A DNA stretch of 63,482 nucleotides. Origin: a virus. A program made the translations under genes and the position numbers. Under the pieces are notes generated by a model, which made no database searches, had not been told where the DNA came from, and saw only the letters and a list, made by a program, of their open reading frames with translations. The stretch spans positions 1-63,482 of the IMG/VR virus record IMGVR_UViG_3300000303_000014, one strand, 5' to 3'. The stretch's first letter is position 1. Each line of letters starts with the position of its first letter. Shown here one piece after another: positions 34,493 to 43,534 of the stretch.

Positions 34493-35224
34493 TCAATCCT
34501 GCTTAATGGTTCTGAAAGACGTTTCGTTACCAAAATCGACGATGCGCATCATTTCTCGGAAGCGGTCGGCAAACCGCTCATCGTAATACTGGCGTATCTC
34601 GTCGGCGGCGAGGTTGCTCGTGGCCATCGTGCAGAGTTGTTCCTCGTAGCGGTAATTGACCATATCCATTGCGGCGTTGACGTAATCACCGTAGCTGAGG
34701 CTATCGCGCGGCTCTGTGCCGAGGTCATCTATGCAGAGTACTTCCACATCGCGCAGACGCTTATAACGCCCGACATCGGAAGCGTTGTCACGAGTGCGGT
34801 TGTTGTAAGACTTGGCGAGCAAGACCAGTTCCTTGGCTGTGATTATCTCGAAGCCGTAGGAGGGGAAACGGTCTTCGCGTGTGCTGTATCCCTCATCGGA
34901 GTGAAGGTAATTGTAGAGCGACTTCATGGCCTTTACCAGCGTAGTCTTGCCGTTGCCCCGGTTGCCGCAGAGGAAGAGGCCAAAGGTGGTGTCATCGGAC
35001 GTGAGCCACCGGGCAATATCGGCAATATGATTCAAGTAAGCAGCGGAAGCCATAAACCGGCGATGACGCAACGCCACTTCGGACTTACAGGCTGCAAGCA
35101 GCATGACATATACCTGACGTTCGGTGTAAGGAAGCCTAAAACGAGCCACCATACGTTTTCTTCTCATCAGTGACGAGAAGATTTCCTTTACGTCTATTTC
35201 TTGATTCGGTTCTATTTTTAGCAT
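34493..35224 (-). CDS. DnaC/IstB-like AAA+ ATPase (helicase loader)
   Basis: It has Walker A (LCGNRGNGKTTL) and Walker B (VLCIDDLGTE). The start is uncertain: ATGs at 35224, 35167 and 35152 all overlap the upstream gene. Confidence 0.75.
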   Translation of the reverse strand: MLKIEPNQEIDVKEIFSSLMRRKRMVARFRLPYTERQVYVMLLAACKSEVALRHRRFMASAAYLNHIADIARWLTSDDTTFGLFLCGNRGNGKTTLVKAMKSLYNYLHSDEGYSTREDRFPSYGFEIITAKELVLLAKSYNNRTRDNASDVGRYKRLRDVEVLCIDDLGTEPRDSLSYGDYVNAAMDMVNYRYEEQLCTMATSNLAADEIRQYYDERFADRFREMMRIVDFGNETSFRTIKQD

Positions 35225-35939
35225 TGTTATTCTGTTTTGCGGCCACTATGCGCAGCCAGTTGTTAAAGTGTTGTTTGGCATCGGAGAGACTATCATGCCT
35301 TTCCTTGCCATCGGAAGCACAGTGAAGACGGAACTCATCGAGCTTGGCGCGTAACGCCTCCACATCCATGTGGTGGAGCACCTGAAGCTGGTCGAGCCAA
35401 GCCGTTTCATTTTTAAGCGCATCAATTTCCTGTTCGAGAGTCAATGAATACGGTTCAACCTTGCCCGGAGGAAAATTACCCACTTTGGCGGAAGTCCGTT
35501 TGGCCGGTTTTCTTTTCGGATGGGTGGCAGACTTTACGCTGTCATCGTCAGCGGTGATAAGATTATAAACCGTGACGGTAGCCACACGCTTGCAAAGACG
35601 GTTGATATTCATGTACCTTACCTGTATTCCTTTCGATGTCAACACGCTTTCGTCCTTGAACAGTTCCTTAGAGAACAACCCGATGTTCAGGCAGCACGTT
35701 ATGACCTCGCGTATATACGCCTCATCATACCCAGTCTGTTCCGAGATTATGAAGGGCAGCTCTTCATCCCACCTGATGTAGTACCCATCACGATAGATAA
35801 GACATAGCAGGAGAGCATATACGGTTATGGCCTTGCCACCTTGATACTTGATTAGTTTCCTAATGCGCAAGTCCTGAAAGAAGTCGATGTCGAAAGGGAA
35901 ATATCCCAAACCTTGCTTTGCTGTACGTGCCATATTCAT
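35136..35939 (-). CDS. Replication initiation protein with a Lin1244/Lin1753-like (DUF4373) N-terminal domain, DnaD-like
   Basis: The domain reads GLGYFPFDIDFFQDLRIRKLIKYQGGKAITVYALLLCLIYRDGYYIRWDEELPFIISEQTG...IGLFSKELF. Confidence 0.7.
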   Translation of the reverse strand: MNMARTAKQGLGYFPFDIDFFQDLRIRKLIKYQGGKAITVYALLLCLIYRDGYYIRWDEELPFIISEQTGYDEAYIREVITCCLNIGLFSKELFKDESVLTSKGIQVRYMNINRLCKRVATVTVYNLITADDDSVKSATHPKRKPAKRTSAKVGNFPPGKVEPYSLTLEQEIDALKNETAWLDQLQVLHHMDVEALRAKLDEFRLHCASDGKERHDSLSDAKQHFNNWLRIVAAKQNNNAKNRTESRNRRKGNLLVTDEKKTYGGSF

Positions 35940-36361
35940 TCACAGTCATTAAGGAAGTCTGTAACTTCTCGCATGAAATCATCGAAGGAGTAGCAGACCA
36001 CGTATTTATACTCATCGTCCTTGGTAATGACCGACTGCCACCAACGCTGGCTGGCACTTTGCCTTCCGTCTTTCCTTTTCATTTCGATGAGAAGCGCACC
36101 ATAGCGGCGGTTGCTTTTCAGGAGAATGAAATCGGACACTCCGGCAATGACCCCCTCGGCTTTCAGGCGGGCGCCGGTCACAGCGTCGCGCCGACCTCCG
36201 TTTGGCACGGCGAAAAGACGCCCCCGAAGATGAGGATACTTGAGGTTGAACCACCGCACACAAGACACCTGTGTGCGGTGTTCGGCATCATCCGGTTTCT
36301 TCCGCCGTGCCCCGGCGTTGGAGCGGGCCAACAGTTCATCAAGCGTCATCTTGTTTTTCAT
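35936..36361 (-). CDS. VRR-NUC domain nuclease
   Basis: It carries EHRTQVSCVRWF, AVPNGGRR, GVSDFILL and LLIEMKRKDGRQSASQRWW. The ATG is at 36361; the listed 36379 start is TTG. Confidence 0.75.
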   Translation of the reverse strand: MKNKMTLDELLARSNAGARRKKPDDAEHRTQVSCVRWFNLKYPHLRGRLFAVPNGGRRDAVTGARLKAEGVIAGVSDFILLKSNRRYGALLIEMKRKDGRQSASQRWWQSVITKDDEYKYVVCYSFDDFMREVTDFLNDCE

Positions 36362-36977
36362 GGCCGTGCGTTTTGTCAATCACCACATCTTTGCACCCAG
36401 TCGCACTGATAGTGACTTTCTGCCCATCGGGAATGCTGTCAATGAACTTTTTCGCCGCCCGTCTGCAACTTGGAGAGCTTGCTACGGAAGCTGACGCTTC
36501 CTGAAGGATTCTGCCCTCGTAAGTCTCGGCTTTCCCATGCAGCGCATCGGGAGCATAGAGGAATACGTCCATGATCTTGGTTTCCTGTACGGCCTCGCAT
36601 ACCCAATCAGCCATAGTGCCGCGCATGTGTTCGTTAAGCCGTTTTCGTGCATCGTCAATGTCATGCGCCTGAACAAGCAGGTAAAGAGGCTGCTTCTTTT
36701 CGGCCATTGTTTTCTCATCGAGCGTGATAATGTTAATTTTGACCTTATACCATTTGTCTGCCTCGGTATTGTCGGTGCTGACAAGTTCGGAATAGTTGGT
36801 AATCTTTTCGGAGACCACCGAAAACTCGCCGCTGATGAAACAGGACATTTCACCTATTATGCGGCTTTCGGCCTCTGTAAACGAGAGCGCATCTACGATA
36901 TACAACTCCGTCACTTTCTTCTGCATCCCATTTTCAAGCGTCTTCTCGTAGCGGATGCCACATTCAAATAATCTCAT
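36339..36977 (-). CDS. DUF4494-like protein
   Basis: RLFECGIRYEKTLENGMQKKVTELYIVDALSFTEAESRI...KWYKVKINIITLDEKT matches my recollection of the Bacteroidetes DUF4494 pattern. Confidence 0.55.
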   Translation of the reverse strand: MRLFECGIRYEKTLENGMQKKVTELYIVDALSFTEAESRIIGEMSCFISGEFSVVSEKITNYSELVSTDNTEADKWYKVKINIITLDEKTMAEKKQPLYLLVQAHDIDDARKRLNEHMRGTMADWVCEAVQETKIMDVFLYAPDALHGKAETYEGRILQEASASVASSPSCRRAAKKFIDSIPDGQKVTISATGCKDVVIDKTHGHEKQDDA

Positions 36978-37252
36978 TTCAACAGGTTTTTAAGTTCATT
37001 ACTCAGTTTGAAACTCACTGTGCGGTGAGCAGGAACGATGCACGTTTCGCCCGTGGCAACGATACGCGCCTTTTTCTCCTTGACATTGCGGACGGCAAAC
37101 GTGCCGAATCCACGGAGGTAAACGTTATCACCGGCTGCAAAAGCCTGAGAGAGAATCTGCATCGTGCTTTCGACGGCTTTTTTCGCTTCGGAGCGACGCA
37201 GGCCGGTCTGCTGCGAAATCTTCTCTATGAGTTGTTGCTTGGTTACTTTCAT
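36974..37252 (-). CDS. HU/IHF-family DNA-binding protein
   Basis: A 92-aa ORF. KQQLIEKISQQTGLRRSEAKKAVESTMQIL...LRGFGTFAVRNVKEKKAR...PAHRTVSFK shows the typical HU fold signature. Confidence 0.85.
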   Translation of the reverse strand: MKVTKQQLIEKISQQTGLRRSEAKKAVESTMQILSQAFAAGDNVYLRGFGTFAVRNVKEKKARIVATGETCIVPAHRTVSFKLSNELKNLLK

Positions 37253-37403
37253 TTTTTATGAGTTTATTGTTTAACTTGTTGATTAACTGTCTTAACATGT
37301 GCGCCCGGCAAACATACCGTTGGCCGCGTTGCCGGTCGTATAGCACTGCGGCATCACCGAGATACTTGATGATGGTCCGCACATCGGTCTTGCATACATC
37401 CAT
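37128..37403 (-). CDS. Doubtful small ORF. Only its first 50 or so codons (37253..37403) lie outside the HU gene.
   Basis: The ATG lies 1 nt after the SNF2 stop. The distal part overlaps HU by 125 nt in another frame and reads as junk. Confidence 0.25.
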   Translation of the reverse strand: MDVCKTDVRTIIKYLGDAAVLYDRQRGQRYVCRAHMLRQLINKLNNKLIKNESNQATTHREDFAADRPASLRSEKSRRKHDADSLSGFCSR

Positions 37404-37404
37404 A

Positions 37405-38838
37405 TCAGCCTGAATTTAGGAAAGATGAAACCAATTCGTCGAAGTACATTTCATCGGTGGGAATGTCATCGTCGGAGTTCATTATCTCTGCGGCGATAGA
37501 CTTCTTCTGATGAATAAGCGAGTAGATGGTGTGATCGATAGTGCCCCGGCCAAGCAGGTAGTAGCACGTCACGTTGTCCTTCTGCCCGATGCGGTGGGCA
37601 CGGTCTTCACACTGGCAGCAGTCGGCATACGTCCAAGCGAGTTCGACGAAAGCAACATTTGAAGAAGCCGTAAGGGTAAGTCCTACGCCCGCCGCCTTAA
37701 TGGAGCAGATGATGAGCATCGTATCGGGATTGTTCTGAAAGGCATCTACGGATGCCTGTTTGCTGACGGCACTGTCACGCCCTGTAACCGTAACGGAACC
37801 TGGAAACGCCTTTACCAACGCATCGACCACTTCGTGAAGCGAGCAGAACACAATGAGCTTCTTGCCGCTGGAGAGGAACGTGCGTATGAAGTCAACCGCC
37901 TGTGCCACCTTGCCGAGCGTGGCAAGCTGACGCAGCGTCATGAAGCGGACAAGAGCCTCCATGCGCATCTTGCGGCGTATCTCCCAGTCGGTACACTCGG
38001 TGTACTGTCGGAGATATTCGGCGAGGTCGGCAGCGGCAAGGCTGTACTCCGGCGCGTTGCTGATGTCCACATACAGATCAACACGAGTTTTGTCGGGAAG
38101 CTGTGGCAGCACCTTGGCCTTTTCGCGGCGAATCATGCAGTTGGCATACAACTTATCGCTCAACACGGAAAGAGGCACGGCAGGTTCGGCCTTCTTATCC
38201 TTCGGGTCTGTGCAGTAGTCGGCAACGAACGCAGAGCGTCCGCCGAACTCCTGAAGCCGGTCCATGATGGAAAGTTGTGACACCAAATCCTCCGGACGGT
38301 TGACAACAGGCGTTCCTGAAAGGAGAATCACGTATTCCTTGCCCGTGGTTATGCCTTTGGTGAAAATGGTCTGTTGTGCCGATGGGTCTTTCACACGATG
38401 ACTTTCATCGATGATGACGGACTTGAATATCCTAATCTGAGGACAGAACACCACATCCTTAAGCCGGAAGGACTTTCCAGCCCGAATATCCCACACAAAA
38501 TACTTGCGGAGGCTCTCGTAGTTGACAACGGCCACTTGGTGCATACCCATTGAGAGCAGGTAAGGCCACGTAGTGCGCACGGCATTGTCAAGAACAATGG
38601 CGGACTTGTCGGTGAACTTCTCGAACTCGCGCTGCCAGTTTATCTTCAAAGAAGAGGGGCAGATGACAAGGCAGGGATAAGCGTCAGCCGTATCGACGAT
38701 GCCGATGCTCTGCAAGGTCTTGCCAAGACCCGGCTCGTCTCCGATGATAAGGCGTTTCTTATCCAGCCCGTAGATGATGCCCTCTCGCTGGTAGGGATAA
38801 GGCTCGACACGCAGGTGATGTTTCAGTTCGTTTTGCAT
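37405..38838 (-). CDS. SNF2-family helicase
   Basis: It carries YPYQREGI, motif I GDEPGLGKTLQS, motif II IIDESHRVKD, and motif VI QCEDRAHRIGQK. Confidence 0.88.
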   Translation of the reverse strand: MQNELKHHLRVEPYPYQREGIIYGLDKKRLIIGDEPGLGKTLQSIGIVDTADAYPCLVICPSSLKINWQREFEKFTDKSAIVLDNAVRTTWPYLLSMGMHQVAVVNYESLRKYFVWDIRAGKSFRLKDVVFCPQIRIFKSVIIDESHRVKDPSAQQTIFTKGITTGKEYVILLSGTPVVNRPEDLVSQLSIMDRLQEFGGRSAFVADYCTDPKDKKAEPAVPLSVLSDKLYANCMIRREKAKVLPQLPDKTRVDLYVDISNAPEYSLAAADLAEYLRQYTECTDWEIRRKMRMEALVRFMTLRQLATLGKVAQAVDFIRTFLSSGKKLIVFCSLHEVVDALVKAFPGSVTVTGRDSAVSKQASVDAFQNNPDTMLIICSIKAAGVGLTLTASSNVAFVELAWTYADCCQCEDRAHRIGQKDNVTCYYLLGRGTIDHTIYSLIHQKKSIAAEIMNSDDDIPTDEMYFDELVSSFLNSG

Positions 38839-39026
38839 GGCTTATACCTCCATCCGTTTAATTCGTAGACACGCTTACGTGCTTCCTCGCGGTTGTAGTA
38901 ATACGGCTCATCAGGGAGCGGAGAAGCCGTAGCCACCGTATCGGAAACATAATCGTAGCGATAGATGCGGAAAGCACGGCCACGGGGCGCGTAATAACAT
39001 TGTCCTACTTTCGGTTTCATAATCAT
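38823..39026 (-). CDS. Hypothetical small protein
   Basis: A 67-aa ORF with an ATG start. Confidence 0.5.
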   Translation of the reverse strand: MIMKPKVGQCYYAPRGRAFRIYRYDYVSDTVATASPLPDEPYYYNREEARKRVYELNGWRYKPCKTN

Positions 39027-39464
39027 TCATTTAAAATTCTCTATTTCTACAAGCAAGTCCTGACGATTGATGCCGGGAATGTACTGGTGGAGCACAAGGT
39101 TGACACAATCGTCGTAGAACCGCTCAAATTCCTGTTCATCCATTGCCGAGAACGATATGCTTCGGTATTCAATCTCACGTTCGCCGAAGTCGTTGACTGT
39201 AGATGAATAATAACCGAGGTCGTGCTTGAAGCGGCGCAACATGTCGTTCTCGCTCCGCACGTTCCACCGCTCAACGAGCGGCAGGGGAAGGTTGTCGAAC
39301 GTCAGGCGGACGAGCGCAAAAAACTTCTTGTGGAAGCGGTAGTTGCGCGGAAGGCTGACGCGGCAACGGACTGTTGAGCCGACACGTAGACGCTGTTTCA
39401 AGTCGTGGTCGCTATTGTAAAGCGGCACAAGACCGTAGGGAGTTACACGGCAATAGATGTCCAT
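39027..39464 (-). CDS. DUF1367-like phage protein (tentative)
   Basis: PRNYRFHKKFFALVRLTFDN and SISFSAMDEQEFERFY resemble the DUF1367 pattern. Confidence 0.5.
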   Translation of the reverse strand: MDIYCRVTPYGLVPLYNSDHDLKQRLRVGSTVRCRVSLPRNYRFHKKFFALVRLTFDNLPLPLVERWNVRSENDMLRRFKHDLGYYSSTVNDFGEREIEYRSISFSAMDEQEFERFYDDCVNLVLHQYIPGINRQDLLVEIENFK

Positions 39465-39470
39465 ATCATG

Positions 39471-39686
39471 TTACTTTGTTATTCTTGGGATTATGCCGAT
39501 AGCAACTAAAGTCATTTTAAGCTGCATACCTTCAGGTCCAAACTTTTCAAAGTCCATAGAGATTGGAGCTTCCGTTACCGTCCGCCAGCGTTCATCCGTC
39601 AGTTTCTCGCCGAGCAACATCATTGTTGCGGCCACTTCGTCACGGTCGAACTCGACCACGAGACGCATTTTCTTTTCTTCATCCAT
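39471..39686 (-). CDS. Hypothetical small protein
   Basis: A 71-aa ORF from ATG 39686 (MDEEKKMRLVVEF...). The longer listed ORF overlaps the upstream gene and its N-terminal part reads as junk. Confidence 0.5.
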   Translation of the reverse strand: MDEEKKMRLVVEFDRDEVAATMMLLGEKLTDERWRTVTEAPISMDFEKFGPEGMQLKMTLVAIGIIPRITK

Positions 39687-39702
39687 TTGTTTATCTGATT
39701 TA

Positions 39703-40380
39703 TTAGTTATTACTGTTTTGCACCGTGAGCAGCCACCATTGAAAGGCAAGCTCTTCATACTTCTCCCGTCCACGGTTGTATATCTCATCGCCACGGTTGA
39801 TGAACTTCTTGAATACCAGGCAATTCTTCTTGCTGATGGCGTAGATGAAATCGCGCTGGCTTCCGGCAATGTCCATGTACCATGCACGGCTTCTATCCCA
39901 GTCGAAGAAGTCCACCGCCTCGTCGAACTCCGCCTGAGAGCGGGCGAAAGTGGTTTTCAAGTCGCCACCAAAGCCGAAAGCGGACAGGTACCAGTCCCAC
40001 TTGCAACGGGTGTCGAGGTAAAAAGGCCAGTCGCAGTAGGTGAACATCTGACCGTGGTTCACCATGAAGCGTTGCGTGTCGGCCAATTCGAGCACGTTGG
40101 CCAAGAACGGATCATGCCGCGCCTCCATACGGAGAGAGCGTTGCATTTCCTTGGCATGGCGGAACTCGTCATCGGTGTATTGCACATCGTCCACGGTGTA
40201 GCGGTAGTAGTCCACGCGAGCCGGTTCGGTGATGAGCGCATCGACCAATGTGCCGAAGCGGAACGCCGCCTCACGGTCTCCGAACTGCTGGCGTGGGTGG
40301 AGGATGTCGCGCAGGGCTGTAAGGTCGCTGTTCGACACCTCCGTACGGTTGTAGTATTCATCGGGATTATGATTGGGCAT
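39703..40380 (-). CDS. PD-(D/E)xK exonuclease (RecE/YqaJ-like partner of RecT)
   Basis: FGTLVDALITEP resembles the GxxxHxxxLEP-like block. FGGDLKTT supplies the D-x-K catalytic block. Confidence 0.6.
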   Translation of the reverse strand: MPNHNPDEYYNRTEVSNSDLTALRDILHPRQQFGDREAAFRFGTLVDALITEPARVDYYRYTVDDVQYTDDEFRHAKEMQRSLRMEARHDPFLANVLELADTQRFMVNHGQMFTYCDWPFYLDTRCKWDWYLSAFGFGGDLKTTFARSQAEFDEAVDFFDWDRSRAWYMDIAGSQRDFIYAISKKNCLVFKKFINRGDEIYNRGREKYEELAFQWWLLTVQNSNN

Positions 40381-40382
40381 GA

Positions 40383-41714
40383 TTATTTTGCTTTAACTTC
40401 TTCCACGTATTCCACGCTCTCATTCTGTATGAAAATCTCGTCCTTGTTGGCCAGTTTCTCGCAGAAGGCGATTTGCTTTTTGAACATCTTGGAAAGCTCC
40501 TCAACTGAGAGCGAGCAGCCTTCCTTGCTCCACCAAAGGGAGATAACGGGCATGATGCCTTCGGGATTAAGGAGGCTGATGCGCTTGGTGACCTTTGTCT
40601 TGGGCTGGTAGGTGGAAGCGGCTGCTTGGCCGTCGAAAAGAGAAGTCATTTCAGCCGTCTTGCGTTCCAGCTCGGCCTTGCGCTTTTCTTCTGCCTCGCG
40701 TTCGGCACGTTCTTTCTCGGCGCGTTCGGCTTCGGCACGTTGTCGGGCTTCCATTTCGGCCTTCATCCGGGCCGCTTCCTCGGCGTTGGCCTGTGCGATG
40801 CGTTCGAGGTTGGTTTTTTTTGAGGGCATACGGTCAATGGTGTAGTTAATAGTATCACCCACTTCGGCGGCATACTGCCCACTGAATTGCTTGTATAGCG
40901 TATGTTTAAGTTCGTTTTCGATGTCGGCTACCTTGACACCGAGGGGAATGCGGAGCGATGTGTGCAGACTGCCCATCCATTCAGCAGACAGCCCTTTGTC
41001 CACTTCTTCCTTTATGTTGCGTAACATGAGCAGCGAATTGTCGTAGTTTTCAAGCGTTACGTCGTTGTCAATCTGCGTAATCTGATTGATTGTCGTGTTC
41101 ACATAGTCTTGGAACTTGCGCTTGAAATCGTCCTCCACGTCAAGGCGGAACTTGCGGCGGGCTTCTTCGGCCTGACGGCGTTCCATTTCCTCGCGCAAGC
41201 GGCGTTCTTCCTCGGCGCGTTTCTTTGCGGCGTACTGGTTGCGGAACTGCTGGAGGTCGTAGGCTACGGTGCCGGGCTTGGAGGGGTCAATCTCGTTTTC
41301 CATCGTGGTGAATGCCGAGCGCACTTCGTCGAAGAGCTTAGTTACAGGCGAGCGGCGTTCATTCATTACCTTAACCGTGCGCCGGGCCTTGTCAATGAAG
41401 GCAGCGGCCTGTTGGTCGAGTTCGTCGTTCATGCCCTGCGTACGCACGGCGTTGAGGATGGTAAGACCGAAGTCTATGCAGCGGTCGTGGGAGTTCTTAT
41501 TATCGTTGTAGGACTGCGGCGCAGCCTGTACGATAGTCTGTATGTTTTCAGGCCGGATTATGGCCAATTCGTTGTTGTTCATATCGTTGTCGTTTTGTTG
41601 CGGCTCGCATTGCTTTGTAACCGCATGGTGAATATATCGGTGTAACTTGTCGCAGTAGAGGCCGTTGATGCATTGGCGGCTCATAGTGCAGTTGGCGCAT
41701 TCTTTCGGCGGCAT
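40383..41714 (-). CDS. Coiled-coil protein with an N-terminal Cys cluster (DUF1351-like, tentative)
   Basis: A 443-aa ORF from ATG 41714; the listed 41729 start is TTG. It has CANCTMSRQCINGLYC and two E/R/A-rich coiled-coil tracts. It lies between the RecT and exonuclease genes. Confidence 0.65.
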   Translation of the reverse strand: MPPKECANCTMSRQCINGLYCDKLHRYIHHAVTKQCEPQQNDNDMNNNELAIIRPENIQTIVQAAPQSYNDNKNSHDRCIDFGLTILNAVRTQGMNDELDQQAAAFIDKARRTVKVMNERRSPVTKLFDEVRSAFTTMENEIDPSKPGTVAYDLQQFRNQYAAKKRAEEERRLREEMERRQAEEARRKFRLDVEDDFKRKFQDYVNTTINQITQIDNDVTLENYDNSLLMLRNIKEEVDKGLSAEWMGSLHTSLRIPLGVKVADIENELKHTLYKQFSGQYAAEVGDTINYTIDRMPSKKTNLERIAQANAEEAARMKAEMEARQRAEAERAEKERAEREAEEKRKAELERKTAEMTSLFDGQAAASTYQPKTKVTKRISLLNPEGIMPVISLWWSKEGCSLSVEELSKMFKKQIAFCEKLANKDEIFIQNESVEYVEEVKAK

Positions 41715-41719
41715 CTGTG

Positions 41720-42682
41720 TTAGAAACAATCGTCGTTACCGGCAGCAGGGGCTACCTTCACTCCGGCGGACGTGTCGGCAGGAGCGGCAAAGGAATTTTC
41801 TTCCTGCGGTGCGGGCGCATCGCCACCGGCCATGCCGCCGTAGGGGTCAAAGGATGTTTCGGGCTGGTTGTTTTCTTCGATTATTTCGCTTTCCAGCTGT
41901 GTGCCCTTGCCAATGGCTATCTTGGGGTAGGTTTTGAAGGCGTGTTTGATGCACTTGGCCTTTAGGAAGCCTGTATCTATCTGGCCATCGAGCGAAGTGT
42001 ATAATTGGTTGGGATTTTCAACGTATCTACGTGCTGTATTGTCCCAGTAGCGGTTTGCCTTTCCGGAGTAATCAGAGAGGCGTTTCCAATCCTGCTCGGT
42101 CATCACGGAATAGTCAACCGTGCCGTCGGGACGTGTAATCTTCAGGAAACAGGCTATGATACGGTTGGACTGGCGAGGGATGCGGCAGCAGTAGTTGACG
42201 TACTTACGCCTGTCTTTCTCGCCGAACTCGAAGCCGTCGCCCTCATAAACGATAACCGGATTGTCGGCGTGGAGTATCTGCCCGGCCTTTGCCCTGAGCA
42301 CCAATTCGCCGTAGCCGGAAATGGTGAGGTTGCAACGTTTCTCGTAGACGTTCTGCCCCTGCTGGTTCTTGCCGATGCAGTAGTTGCGTGGTAGGAGGTA
42401 ACATAACGCCTGTGCGCCCGGCTCCAGCGTGAGGCCGCGAACGGCAAGATCGATGAAGGAGATAAACACGGACATTCCGGTACATTCGCGAAGCTGGTTG
42501 TTGTCGCGAAGCTGGTTGTTGAAGTACATGGCCTCACGTTCGTATGCGCCCTCGCCGCCTTCTTTCCAAATGGCGTTGTAGACGTTGATGAACTGCTGGC
42601 GCACGTAGTCGTTGCGGATTACGTCAGGGGCTTTGAGCGACTGAATGATCTGCGCTTGGTTTAATGTTTCTTGATTGTTCAT
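41720..42682 (-). CDS. recT: RecT-family single-strand annealing protein
   Basis: The blocks are SVFISFIDLAVRGLTLEPGAQALCYLLPR, LTISGYGELVLRAKAGQI, VIVYEGDGFEF and AKCIKHAFKTYPK. Confidence 0.7.
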   Translation of the reverse strand: MNNQETLNQAQIIQSLKAPDVIRNDYVRQQFINVYNAIWKEGGEGAYEREAMYFNNQLRDNNQLRECTGMSVFISFIDLAVRGLTLEPGAQALCYLLPRNYCIGKNQQGQNVYEKRCNLTISGYGELVLRAKAGQILHADNPVIVYEGDGFEFGEKDRRKYVNYCCRIPRQSNRIIACFLKITRPDGTVDYSVMTEQDWKRLSDYSGKANRYWDNTARRYVENPNQLYTSLDGQIDTGFLKAKCIKHAFKTYPKIAIGKGTQLESEIIEENNQPETSFDPYGGMAGGDAPAPQEENSFAAPADTSAGVKVAPAAGNDDCF

Positions 42683-42701
42683 AATCTTGTTTGTTTATAG
42701 G

Positions 42702-42974
42702 TTATAAATCGAAGTAATCTTGGTGTGTGTGCTGTGCTTCCCTCAATTCGGCGACGAAGTACTCTATCTTTCCCGGACGCTTGCAGGGATGTATCTTACC
42801 CTGCTTACGCCAACGGTCAACATTGCCGCGTCCAAACATGGCGTATGCCTTGCGCTGACTGACCATTTCGGGATCATTGCGCTGTGCTGATAACTGGCGC
42901 ACGACCTCTGAGGCCACATCGCGGACGAATGTTGCGTAGGTAACGGACTTGTCGGAGAAATCGAGGGTGAGCAT
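42702..42974 (-). CDS. Small DNA-binding protein (excisionase/MerR-like HTH, tentative)
   Basis: MVSQRKAYAMFGRGNVDRWRKQGKIHPCKRPGKIEYFVAEL resembles Xis-type HTH_17 proteins. Confidence 0.45.
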   Translation of the reverse strand: MLTLDFSDKSVTYATFVRDVASEVVRQLSAQRNDPEMVSQRKAYAMFGRGNVDRWRKQGKIHPCKRPGKIEYFVAELREAQHTHQDYFDL

Positions 42975-42986
42975 GGCTACGTAGTT

Positions 42987-43181
42987 TTAATGGCTTTCGC
43001 GCAATTCCCTATAGGATATGCGGAGCAACACCCATGAAAGGTAGATGAACACAAAACTCACGAGATAGCCGAAAACTGAGGTGATGTGGCCCAATACGAT
43101 GTGGCCGACCACACTTGCTACTACGCATAGAAATATCAGCGCGGCAATAATCAGTTGAACGAACGTAAATGTCTTATCCAT
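42987..43181 (-). CDS. Small membrane protein (two TM segments)
   Basis: A 64-aa ORF with the hydrophobic segments FVQLIIAALIFLCVVASVVGHIVL and VFGYLVSFVFIYLSWVLL. Confidence 0.55.
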   Translation of the reverse strand: MDKTFTFVQLIIAALIFLCVVASVVGHIVLGHITSVFGYLVSFVFIYLSWVLLRISYRELRESH

Positions 43182-43201
43182 AATTGAAATGATTTAATCG
43201 G

Positions 43202-43390
43202 TTACTGAATTCTTTTCACGATGACGATGCGGCGCTTCTTGTCTATCTCTGTGGTGTACTTTCGGTTGAAGCGGAAACTCAACGTGCTCGCCATCGAACG
43301 TGCGGAGGTGCATCTTGCTGCCGGGTATTCTTTTGCTTCCCCGACCTTCATTTGCTCTAATTCGCTTGTAAACGTCTGTTTTTTCGGCAT
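43202..43390 (-). CDS. Hypothetical small protein, first gene of the leftward early operon
   Basis: A 62-aa ORF with an ATG start. Confidence 0.5.
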   Translation of the reverse strand: MPKKQTFTSELEQMKVGEAKEYPAARCTSARSMASTLSFRFNRKYTTEIDKKRRIVIVKRIQ

Positions 43391-43431
43391 TTTATTCTTG
43401 TTTTTGATGTTTAATGTTTAACTTTATGGTG

Positions 43432-43439
43432 CAAAGGTA
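43432..43439 (-). promoter_or_regulatory. Candidate -7 box (TACCTTTG on the - strand) of the leftward early promoter
   Basis: It matches the Bacteroidetes TAnnTTTG consensus about 40 nt upstream of the ATG at 43390. It lies adjacent to the operator palindrome. Confidence 0.4.
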
Positions 43440-43447
43440 ATCATTTG

Positions 43448-43463
43448 TGATTTACATAAATCA
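43448..43463. promoter_or_regulatory. Operator-like palindrome tgattta-ca-taaatca
   Basis: Perfect 7-bp inverted arms. An additional tgattta half-site lies at 43468..43474. Confidence 0.55.
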
Positions 43464-43510
43464 CTTTTGATTTAATTATTTTCGTGAGTTTACATTATTT
43501 AACCTTTTAA

Positions 43511-43525
43511 CGATTTAATAAATCA
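43511..43525. promoter_or_regulatory. Second operator-like palindrome cgattta-a-taaatca
   Basis: It uses the same half-site as 43448..43463 and lies just upstream of the repressor start codon. Confidence 0.5.
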
Positions 43526-43534
43526 AATTTGATT

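Noticed and set aside
34079-35173. A 364-aa + strand ORF, and likewise 39457..40611 (384 aa, +).
   Set aside because: They lie antisense to genes with clear motifs (radical SAM and DnaC-like; exonuclease and coiled-coil protein). Both are shadow ORFs.
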